A DNA stretch of 64,000 nucleotides, taken from the NCBI RefSeq assembly GCF_028368995.1, contig NZ_JAQNDL010000003.1:1664001-1728000 (forward strand). The letters are read 5' to 3'. Positions 10,026 to 18,644 of the stretch are shown piece after piece. Under the pieces are notes generated by a model. The model was not told where the DNA came from. It saw only the letters and a program-made list of their open reading frames with translations, and ran no database searches. The position numbers were made by a program, and so were the translations under genes. This stretch comes from Nannocystis bainbridge (GTDB lineage: Bacteria > Myxococcota_A > Polyangia > Nannocystales > Nannocystaceae). Each line of letters starts with the position of its first letter. Position 1 is the first letter of the stretch.

Positions 10026-10352
10026 CCGACCCCGCGCCCTTCACATGCAGGCGTCGACCCGCGGCGCGCACGCGTTCAGCGCCGTCATCACCGGCGCCTG
10101 CATGCAATTGAACTGCTCGAGTGGGACGAGCTCGGCCAGGCAGCCGGCGAATCAGGCCCCCTCCTCGAGCAGGACCGGGCGCGGCCATACAATTGCCGCG
10201 TCCGTGCTCGCCTGCGTGTGCGCGCGTGAGGTCTGCCCGAAGCGCCTGCGAGCGCGGCCGTGTCTCTCGCGGCCGGGGCCTCCAGGCCCCTTAGGATACG
10301 TCTCTGTGGACATATTGACAGTCCTCGCCGCCGCGGGCGATCCTGGCGGGAA

Positions 10353-11534
10353 ATGAAGCGAGTCATGCGCGATCGAAGCCTACGAATGGGCGCCCTGGCG
10401 GGCGTGATTGCTTGCAGCGGCGGCTGCGGTCCGAGCGAGGACGGCACCTCCGGCGCGACCGGGGCCACCGGGGTCACCGGGGTCACGGGCGCCACGCAGG
10501 GCAACACCGGGGGCATGACCGGCGTCACCGGCGTCACCGGCGAATCGAGCGGCACCGACTCCGATTCGGGCGTACCGACCGGCACTGGCGAAAGCACCAC
10601 CGACGACCCGACCGCCGGCGCCACCAGCAACGACTCCTCCGCCCCCAAGCTCGACCTGGCAATGGCCGACTTCGGCGCCCCGACCGGCGACGGCTGTACC
10701 AAGGTCGATTTCCTGTTCGTGCTCGACAACTCGATCTCCATGGGCGACGAGCAGCAGAACCTCGCCAACAGCTTCCCCGGGTTCATCAGCACCATTCAAT
10801 CGCAGGTGCAGGCCCAGGATTACCACATCATGGTGATCGACACCGACGACCAGGACAAGTGGGGCGAGAAGTGGGACAAGTGCCACAATAAGTGCATGAC
10901 CGACGATCCGGGCGACAACTGCCTGACGGTCTATTTCCCCGACATCATCTGCGGCATGGAGCCGCCCGCGCCCGAGGCCTGCGATCAGACCCTCGGCGCC
11001 GGCCGCAACAAGGGCGCCGGCGGGCCGCCGCTCGCCTGCCCGATCGACGGCGGCCTGCGCTACATGACGCAGGACCAGGCCGACCTCGGCGGCGCCTTCG
11101 ATTGCGTCGCCGACATGGGCGCGACCGGCAACTCCAACGAGCGCCCGGCCCAGGCCATGCTCACCGCGCTGGGCCCCCAGACCCAGGCCGGCGGCTGCCA
11201 CACGGGCTTCCTGCGCGACGACGCGGTCCTGGTCGTCACCATGATCTCCGACGAGCAGGAGAACGGCTCGCCCGGCACCCCGCAGAGCTGGTATAACGAT
11301 TTGCTGGCGCTCAAGGGCGGCAACGAGACGGCGATCGTGCTGCTCTCGCTCAACGGCGACGCCGAGACGATGGGCCAGGAGTGCAACCCGACCGCCAAGA
11401 TGGTCGAGTTCGTCGACTACTTCGGCGACCGCGGCATCATCGACAGCATCTGCGCCCCCGACTACAGCCCGTTCTTCCAGGAGGCCGTGGGCGTCATCGA
11501 CTACGCCTGCGACGAGTTCGTCCCGCCGGGCTGA
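10353..11534 (+). CDS. Lipoprotein with vWA-like domain
   Basis: Gly/Thr linker, then KVDFLFVLDNSISMGDEQ (DxSxS MIDAS) and FLRDDAVLVVTMISDE. Confidence 0.8.
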   Translation: MKRVMRDRSLRMGALAGVIACSGGCGPSEDGTSGATGATGVTGVTGATQGNTGGMTGVTGVTGESSGTDSDSGVPTGTGESTTDDPTAGATSNDSSAPKLDLAMADFGAPTGDGCTKVDFLFVLDNSISMGDEQQNLANSFPGFISTIQSQVQAQDYHIMVIDTDDQDKWGEKWDKCHNKCMTDDPGDNCLTVYFPDIICGMEPPAPEACDQTLGAGRNKGAGGPPLACPIDGGLRYMTQDQADLGGAFDCVADMGATGNSNERPAQAMLTALGPQTQAGGCHTGFLRDDAVLVVTMISDEQENGSPGTPQSWYNDLLALKGGNETAIVLLSLNGDAETMGQECNPTAKMVEFVDYFGDRGIIDSICAPDYSPFFQEAVGVIDYACDEFVPPG

Positions 11535-11597
11535 CGCTTCAGCGTCACCGGACCGCGCCGGACCGCGGGGTCTCCCCGAGCGTCACCGGTCCAGTAG

Positions 11598-11619
11598 GAC
11601 ATGTCCCCGGGGACATGTC
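11598..11619. repeat. 14-bp palindromic unit
   Basis: GACATGTCCCCGGGGACATGTC; CATG at 11600 and 11614. Confidence 0.85.
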
Positions 11620-11662
11620 ATGCCACTTCTGCGGCCGGGCGGCCTGTGCTAGGCAGGTCGTC

Positions 11663-12799
11663 ATGCTCGAGCGCCTCGACGCCGTCGACTGGTCCGCCGT
11701 CTACCACGCCTACGGCCCGGCGACCGACACACCCGCCAGCTTGCGGATGCTGCTCGACGCCGACCCGGAGCAGCGCCAACGGGCTTACCGTCACCTGTTT
11801 GCGATCCTGCTCGACGACAGCCTGCGCAACCAGGCCACCGCCGCCGCCGCCCCGTTCCTGGTCGAGCTGATCGACGATCCGCACACCCCCGATCGCGCCG
11901 CGCTGCTCGGCATGCTCGCGTGCAGCGTCGCCGGCCCCTTCACCGTCGCCTCGCCGGCGATCCTCGACGACGGCGGCCCGCACGTCCACCCGATCCTCCG
12001 CGACATCTACCGGGCCGCCGAGCTCGCCGTGCCGGCCGGCCTGCAGCTCGTCGAGGCCGCCGACGAGCGCCTGAGCGTGATCGCTATCTACTTCCTCGCG
12101 ACCCAGTGGCGCCGCGCCGACGCGATCGTGCCGGCGCTTCACGCTCGCTTATACCAATCCCCCACCGCGGTCGTGCGGGCCATCATCGCCTTCGCTCTCG
12201 GCCAGCTGCGACCCGAGGACCCCGAGCTGGCCGCCCTCCACGCGCACGACCCCGACGCCACGGTGCGGGCGATCGCGGCCGCGGCCCTGCTCCATCGCGC
12301 CGGCGCCGTCCCCGAGCGGGTCCTCGATGCGCTCATCGCCGTGATCGAGGCGCGCGACGACCTCGCCGGGCTCGAGCAGCTGCCGTGCATCGAGCTCGGC
12401 GTCACCGACTTCGCCCGCGCCCTGTGTGCCGTGCCGCCCGCCGCCGGCGCGCGCGCCATCCCGCCGCTGATCGCCGCCCTGCAGCGCACCACCGGCTTCG
12501 CCACCCTCGATCTGGTCGAGGCCCTGCTGCATTTTGCGTTCGGCGACCCGCCCCCGCCCGCCGCGGACGAGGATGACGGCGCGCCCGGCCCCGCTCCCGC
12601 CACCCTCATGCCCGAGCAACGGCGAGTCCTCACCGCCGTGCTCGCGGCGCCCCATCTGTGGCAGCTCGGCGACCTGTTCTTCGTCCTGAAGGCCCATCGC
12701 TTGCCGGCCACGCGCTCGGCGCTGGCCGAGCTGCTCGCCGCGCCGGCGCCGCTCCGGCCACAGCCTCACGATCGTGCTGCACGTCCCCAGCGTCCGTAA
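11663..12799 (+). CDS. HEAT-repeat protein
   Basis: LDAVDWSAVYHAYGPATDTP N-terminus; VRAIIAFALGQ and DPDATVRAIAAAAL helical repeats. Confidence 0.75.
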   Translation: MLERLDAVDWSAVYHAYGPATDTPASLRMLLDADPEQRQRAYRHLFAILLDDSLRNQATAAAAPFLVELIDDPHTPDRAALLGMLACSVAGPFTVASPAILDDGGPHVHPILRDIYRAAELAVPAGLQLVEAADERLSVIAIYFLATQWRRADAIVPALHARLYQSPTAVVRAIIAFALGQLRPEDPELAALHAHDPDATVRAIAAAALLHRAGAVPERVLDALIAVIEARDDLAGLEQLPCIELGVTDFARALCAVPPAAGARAIPPLIAALQRTTGFATLDLVEALLHFAFGDPPPPAADEDDGAPGPAPATLMPEQRRVLTAVLAAPHLWQLGDLFFVLKAHRLPATRSALAELLAAPAPLRPQPHDRAARPQRP

Positions 12800-12825
12800 C
12801 GGGCGCCGTCACTCGGGACAAGGCA

Positions 12826-13953
12826 TCACGGCGCAGGGCTTATGCTCACCGACACTTCTTGAGCTACGGTCTCGGGCACGCTCACGGTGACGAAGAACTG
12901 ACCCTCGTCGAGCCACATCACTTCCCCTTCGGAGTTACCGGTGATCGCTATTCCCGGCTCGGGCAGCCACGCGCAACCACCGCATGGCCCGAGAAGGGCG
13001 TAGCCGACAGTTCCATCCTCGGTCGTCGGAGTGACGACAACGACCTTGTATTCGCCGGGCGTATCGATGACGAAGGACCGAGACACTCGAACGCCCCATC
13101 CAGGTCGCGCCTCGTCGATCAAAGCAAGACTTACCCCTCCCTCGACATCCTCGTCGCTACAATCGAGCGTGCGCTGGAACACCACCATCCCGTCCTGGGG
13201 CACGATCTCGGGCGCCGAGCACTCGAATCGCGGCAACGGCGAGATTCCCTTTGGGCAAGCTTTCGCCGAGAGATACTCCTCGGCGAGTTCGTCGGCCGAG
13301 CGATCGTAGTGCTGCAAGAACGCCGACTGCCAATCGGGAAATTCCGACTTCCGTGGGATTGCTGCGTACACCGCGTGAAATCTTTCTGCGCCGTACACCT
13401 GGAGCAGGTACGAAACAAACAGTCCCGCCACCCCGTATGCTTCGTCCGTGAGCCCCAGATCGCCCTGGACGAAGTCCACGAGGTAGGGACGCGGATCGCG
13501 CTCGTCAATCTCGGCCAGGCTTCCCCCTGAACCAGGGTCCAGAGCGACCGCGAGGCCCTCGTCGAGGAAAGGGGCGCCCGGAGGCATCAGGGCGTGGACA
13601 ACCTCATGATGGTGGATCGGAATATGGCTGTATGCCTCGGTCCCAATCGAGCATCCTTTGGCCTCTACGCACGTATCATTCGTCCAAAGTTCAAAATCCT
13701 CGTCGGTAAGCCACGAAAACGTGATACGGGGGAGCTCCTCATTATCACGATCAAGGCCCAGCACCAGCGCGGTATGAAGCGCGAATGCGTTCACAGCGAA
13801 GGCGTTCCCGGCGCAGGGCTCCATCCCCCGACTGTATCTATAATCGACGTGGTCACCTGAGATTACAAAGAAGTCGGGTTCGCCGCCGTGCTCGCAGGCG
13901 AACCCCGACCCGACGAACGAACACAGCAACAGCCGAAATCGCAGGTCGGTCAT
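12826..13953 (-). CDS. Lipoprotein with HExxH metallopeptidase-like motif (lower-GC islet)
   Basis: Lipobox GFAC; HHHEVVHA followed by LDEGLAVAL. Confidence 0.7.
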   Translation of the reverse strand: MTDLRFRLLLCSFVGSGFACEHGGEPDFFVISGDHVDYRYSRGMEPCAGNAFAVNAFALHTALVLGLDRDNEELPRITFSWLTDEDFELWTNDTCVEAKGCSIGTEAYSHIPIHHHEVVHALMPPGAPFLDEGLAVALDPGSGGSLAEIDERDPRPYLVDFVQGDLGLTDEAYGVAGLFVSYLLQVYGAERFHAVYAAIPRKSEFPDWQSAFLQHYDRSADELAEEYLSAKACPKGISPLPRFECSAPEIVPQDGMVVFQRTLDCSDEDVEGGVSLALIDEARPGWGVRVSRSFVIDTPGEYKVVVVTPTTEDGTVGYALLGPCGGCAWLPEPGIAITGNSEGEVMWLDEGQFFVTVSVPETVAQEVSVSISPAP

Positions 13954-14031
13954 GGCCGATAGTCCGCACGGGACGGTACCATGGCTCGGCGTGGTAGGTC
14001 CACGCGAGCCATGTGTCTGTCCTCACAGAGA

Positions 14032-15413
14032 TCAGTTGGTCTGCAGCGAGACCGCCAGGAGAGAACCTTCCGCCTGATAATTCAGCATCAGAGAAAGGAC
14101 TCCATTGCGGTACGATCCCGAGAGCTGCTCGATCGTGACCTGGGTAAAGAAGTCAACGTCTCCGCTCGGAAAGCCATTCAGACTCAGCCCGCTTGCCCAA
14201 GCCCTCAGCACGGCATCATCCGTGGGGAACGTGACCGTACCGCGGGCGAAGCGCCATTGACCGCGCAGTTCCTCAGTGAGCTGAAAATCTGCATTCTGCA
14301 GCGCGTACGATGTCTGAGCCCCAGACGGCAGAGTGTAAACGCCCGTAAAATTGCGTTGACTACCTTCGATCGCGGTGATCACGAGATCGCACTGTACGGT
14401 ATCACAGTTCTCGGTTCTTACTGCTAGGTAGCCAGTTACATTGGTCTGAGAACTGCTTCCGCCGTCGAACCCGGTGAGACTCAGGGTGGCGTGGAAGGTC
14501 TTCGAGGGCGAGCTTCCGTCCCACACCGGTGCAATGAATGCGCAATCGTTCTTGCCTTCTGGCGCAGGGTAAACTGTATCCTCGAAAGTGCTCACGGGCA
14601 AACAATCCCAAGTATCGTGGGCTTCACCGACCGCTTCCGGAATCACGCTTTCGTCGTTGTACAACCCGTCGATTGCAGTCTCTCGCTGGGAAACGCAGTC
14701 CATGGAACAGGCGGTGGCAGCTTCCGTCGCGGTGCCTTGGCCGCATGGAAATTGATCCACTTGCCAACACTTTCTTTGATTTGTATCTGCTAGAGCTGCA
14801 GCCCGCTTGGCCGAGTCGGCCATGTCTGCCGTCTTCATGTAATAGAAGCACATCTCCCTCATCTCGGTTTGCAAGTCGATATTCGTCTCTTCGGGATCCC
14901 ACTTGCAATACCACATGCCGGTTTCTTCCGGACCATCGGTCTCTCCTGAGGTCGTCGAACTCCCACCCGTCGTCGAGTCTCCTCCGGTCGTCGGGTCACC
15001 TGCGCACTCCCACATCTCGGAGGTTTCGCTCCAAACGCAAGGAGCGTTCCCCGACGGCAGAGGTGGTGGGTCCGAGTTCACCTCGCATGGTGAGATGATC
15101 TTCTGCTCTTCTGGCAGCGACGGATAATCGCAGTAGTCCCCCCCCAAGCATCCCATCCGCCATCCGGGCTCGCTCCTTGATCGTTGAGGTAATGATGACC
15201 ACACAACTCTTCCTTTGAGTATCCATCAATACAGTATGCAGTGTCGGGGTCGGGCACGCAGACCGCTGGAAGATCCTGGCCCAAACAGTGCAGCCAGTAG
15301 TGTCCGGCCTGTTCGGCTGAGGTATCACTTGTGCCACCGATCACCCAATGATCACACCTATGGCAGCTCACGGTACAAGCGGCTAGGGCAAGGAGAGCCG
15401 GCGAGCGGCGCAT
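14032..15413 (-). pseudogene. Cys-rich lipoprotein split by a frameshift at a G8 tract
   Basis: 5' part MRRSPALLALAACTVSC...GGWDAWGG and 3' part GGDYCDYPSLP... lie in different frames overlapping at C8 (15138-15145 on plus strand). Confidence 0.65.
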
Positions 15414-15776
15414 GAGGGTCCAAGCTTCATGAGATGACATGTACGACATTTGTTAACTCCATCTTTGGTGGCACCAAGGCCATGATCTTGGTGCGTGCTG
15501 GTTTGTCTGCTGGTTCGCTTCAGAGCGCCCTTTTCCTGTACGTGACGCGCCTCCAAGCGTCAAGCTCTCTCGACCCGAACCTTCGCCACTGGAGGTCACA
15601 CCGGTCTGTGGCGAGACATCTCGTTCGAGAACTGCTCTTCACCCTGCACAGACAAGAGCCAAGAGGCTGGTTCGGCATGCCTGCATATCGAAGGGAGTCT
15701 CTGAGCAGTCTCATAGGGATTCCCAGATAGGAGACTTGGGACTCACCTGAGCTCCCTGTGTTGCGCACCCATGGAG

Positions 15777-16391
15777 TCACCCGGGCCGGCGCAGGCGCGC
15801 GAGCACGTAGTAGCGACCTGGCCCCAGAGACATGTCCGCCCCGAGCCCCGCGAGCCACCCCGGATCGAGCGGCGTCACGCGATACAGCGCGAGCCAGGCC
15901 CGCAGCCCGGCGGCGAGCGGGCGCGGCAGGCCGCCCAGGTCGGCGAAATCGACCACGTGGACCTCGCCGCCGGGGGCCACCTGCGCCAGCGCGCGCTGCA
16001 GCGCCTCCTCGCGGCGCTGCACCATCGACAGGCAGTACGAGAACAGGATCCGCTGCGGCGGCCGCCCCAGCACCGCGCCGTGGTCGGCGTCCTCGGCGAA
16101 CGCCCGCTGGAAGCGCGCCCACGGGCAGCGGACCGTCGCCCGCTCGAGCATCGCGTCCGCCGCCTCGATCGCCCCGTACGAGGCCCACGGCCGGCGGCTC
16201 TGCAAGATCTCGAGGTTGCGCCCCGTGCCCGGGCCCACCTCCACCAGCGACGCCCACGGCCGGGTCAGCAACGCATCGAGCGCGCGGTCGCGGCCGAACA
16301 GATAGTATTTGCGCGTGACGTCGTAGAGCGGCCGGGCCGCCCGGTAATAGCGATCGAGGAAGACCCGGTGTTCGGCTTGTTCGGGCGTCAA
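15777..16391 (-). CDS. btaB: SAM-dependent methyltransferase, BtaB-like
   Basis: TTG start overlapping the btaA stop; YDVTRKYYLFGRD, EVGPGTGRNL, FSYCLSM, HVVDF motifs. Confidence 0.8.
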   Translation of the reverse strand: MTPEQAEHRVFLDRYYRAARPLYDVTRKYYLFGRDRALDALLTRPWASLVEVGPGTGRNLEILQSRRPWASYGAIEAADAMLERATVRCPWARFQRAFAEDADHGAVLGRPPQRILFSYCLSMVQRREEALQRALAQVAPGGEVHVVDFADLGGLPRPLAAGLRAWLALYRVTPLDPGWLAGLGADMSLGPGRYYVLARLRRPG

Positions 16392-17512
16392 TGGACGATC
16401 CTGTAGTAGTTGACGCCCTGGTACTGGCGCGAGCGGTCGAGCTGCGCGGCCGCGGAGCTGCGGGCCACGAGCGGCTGCAGGTGGCGGCCCAGGCCGTGGC
16501 GGGCGATCAGCGAGTGCGGCTCGACGCTGCGGTACATGACGATCCCGCCGTCGCGGCTGGTGCGGAGGATCTCCGCGAACAGCTTGTGCTGCGCCGGCGC
16601 CGGCATCCAGTCGGGCGCGTCGCACAGCGTATAATGCGACCACGTGTGCGGCCCCGCCTCCCGGAGCACGTCGAAGATGTTGCGCCGGTGGAACCGCGTC
16701 TGCGTCGGGGCCCCGAACGAGCGCGCGTGGCGATCGCGGCGCAGGTACGGCGGCACCGCGTCGGGCACGTCGTGATTGTAGTGACCGGCGATCGCCGTCC
16801 ACGCGAACCAGTTGCGGGCCAGGTCGGTGGTGGCCACCCGCTTGACGTGGTCGACCAGGAAATCGACGATGCCGGCGCGCGAGGACTCGAGGATCCGGTC
16901 GCGCTGGGCGAAGTTGACGCCGAGCGCGACCAGGTTGATCGGGCTCTGCAGCACCGGCGCGATCAGCGGGTGACGCAACACCGGCGTCAGCGTGGCGTCG
17001 ATCAGCGCCGCCCGCTGCTCGACCGGCGTCGCGCACATCCGCCGCAGCCACGCCCCGTCGATCCCGGCCAGCCGCGTCAGCGCCGTGAACATCCGCGCCG
17101 TCAGGCCCTCGCGGTAGAACGCGCGGCGAAACATGGAATGCCGCTTGTGCCAGTAGCGCTGGACCCACTCCGGCAACGTCCCGGTCAGCCAGCGGATCAG
17201 CGACTCGTGCTCGGGGTGGGCGCCGCGGCCGAGCAGGTCGTAGAAGCGGTCGTAGCTGCGCAGGCGCTGGGCCGCGGCGGTCTTGAGGGCCGCGAGCGCC
17301 AGGTGATGCGGGTTGATGTCGACCGCGTCGATGCGCCGCGGGTGAGCGCTGAGGTGGCCGGCGATCCGGCAACCAGCGCCGGAGATGCCGAGCACCGTGC
17401 TGGTCTCGTCGAGGTCGAGGAATTGCTCGTCGACCTCGCTGTCCTCCCACAAGATGTTGTAGACGAACAGCCGCGAAAAGATGTGCTGAAAGGCCAGGTC
17501 GCGCAGGTGCAT
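16388..17512 (-). CDS. btaA: DUF3419/BtaA family SAM:diacylglycerol aminocarboxypropyltransferase
   Basis: FVYNILWEDSEVD, ISGAGC, IDAVDINPHHLAL, PPYL, DRSRQY motifs; coupled to a btaB-like gene. Confidence 0.82.
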   Translation of the reverse strand: MHLRDLAFQHIFSRLFVYNILWEDSEVDEQFLDLDETSTVLGISGAGCRIAGHLSAHPRRIDAVDINPHHLALAALKTAAAQRLRSYDRFYDLLGRGAHPEHESLIRWLTGTLPEWVQRYWHKRHSMFRRAFYREGLTARMFTALTRLAGIDGAWLRRMCATPVEQRAALIDATLTPVLRHPLIAPVLQSPINLVALGVNFAQRDRILESSRAGIVDFLVDHVKRVATTDLARNWFAWTAIAGHYNHDVPDAVPPYLRRDRHARSFGAPTQTRFHRRNIFDVLREAGPHTWSHYTLCDAPDWMPAPAQHKLFAEILRTSRDGGIVMYRSVEPHSLIARHGLGRHLQPLVARSSAAAQLDRSRQYQGVNYYRIVH

Positions 17513-17818
17513 CCGCGGCGCAGGAGACCACCCGCGCGTCACCGCCGGGCCGCATCGCCGCAAATCTTCGCCCGCGCCGCGTGACGGCCGGGCCACATGC
17601 ACGGGCGGCCCGTCGCTCGTGACGACTCCGCCGCGCCGCTGACGTTCGCGCGTGACGCCGGTGATACGACGAACCGCCGCTCGTCTGCACGACCCGGCTT
17701 CATCCGCGCGCTGCGACGGCCGCGCCCGTTCACCTGGCGTCGGGACCGCCCGGGCCGCGCCCCGCCTGCGCGGCGTCCGAGCCGGCGCGCCCGCCGGCCT
17801 GCGTACACTCGCGCCGTC

Positions 17819-18307
17819 ATGCAGCTCCGCTCGCCCGCGTTCGCCTCGATGGGACCGATCCCCCGCGCGCACACCTGCGAGGGTGACGACATTTCGCCGC
17901 CGCTCGAATGGGGCGACCCGCCCGCCGGCACCTGCAGCTTCGCGCTGATCGTGCAGGACCCCGACGCGCCCGACCCCGCCGCCCCGCGCCGCATTTGGGT
18001 CCACTGGATCGTCGTCGATCTGCCGCCCGATCTGCGAGCATTGCCGGCCGACGCGGCCGCGTCGCTGCCGTCGGGCGCGCGACACGGCGCGAACGACTGG
18101 GGCCGGACCGCGTGGGGCGGCCCGTGCCCGCCGATCGGCCGTCACCGCTATTTCTTCGCCCTCTACGCCCTCGACACCCGCCTCGACGCGCTCCAGGCCC
18201 CGACCCGCGCCGCGCTCGAGGCCGCGATGGCCGGGCGAATCCTGGCCCGCGCCGAGCTGGTCGGCACCTACGAGAAACAGCGCGCCGCCCCGCACCGCAC
18301 CGGATAA
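17819..18307 (+). CDS. YbhB/YbcL (PEBP/RKIP) family protein
   Basis: TCEGDDISPPLEW, DPDAP, WVHW, GPCPPIGRHRYFF motifs. Confidence 0.95.
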   Translation: MQLRSPAFASMGPIPRAHTCEGDDISPPLEWGDPPAGTCSFALIVQDPDAPDPAAPRRIWVHWIVVDLPPDLRALPADAAASLPSGARHGANDWGRTAWGGPCPPIGRHRYFFALYALDTRLDALQAPTRAALEAAMAGRILARAELVGTYEKQRAAPHRTG

Positions 18308-18348
18308 CATGTCCATTCGGACATGTAACATGTCCGAATAGACAGGCC
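18306..18348. repeat. 14-bp palindromic units between convergent genes
   Basis: CATG 18308/18322 and CATG 18329/CAGG 18343. Confidence 0.75.
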
Positions 18349-18352
18349 CGGT

Positions 18353-18628
18353 TCAACCACCGATGAGGATCTGCGGGAACCCGGCGACGATCGTGCCGCC
18401 GTGGCTGGTCGGGTCGCCCATGCGCGCCGCCGGCTTGCCGTCGACCAGCACGGTCGTCGAGCCGGAGGCGATGCTGTCCTGTCCGATCACACAGACGGCA
18501 GGATCTCCGACCCGCGCGGCCGGCAGGTAACCCATCAGCACTTTGGGCGAGCCGGCGGCGATGGGACCGCCGACGTGGTAGGGGATCGGGCACGTATGAA
18601 CGTCGGTAGCGCGGGCTGCAGGAGGCAT
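18353..18628 (-). CDS. PAAR domain protein (T6SS spike tip)
   Basis: Three PAAR motifs: MPPAARATD, LPAARVGD, KPAARMGD. Confidence 0.95.
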   Translation of the reverse strand: MPPAARATDVHTCPIPYHVGGPIAAGSPKVLMGYLPAARVGDPAVCVIGQDSIASGSTTVLVDGKPAARMGDPTSHGGTIVAGFPQILIGG

Positions 18629-18644
18629 GGCGAGTCTCCTCGGT

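Noticed and set aside
12808-15785. GTCACTCGGG / GTCACCCGGG as att-like direct repeats flanking the lower-GC islet
   Set aside because: Only 9/10 identity in GC-rich DNA, with no integrase or tRNA nearby; likely chance.
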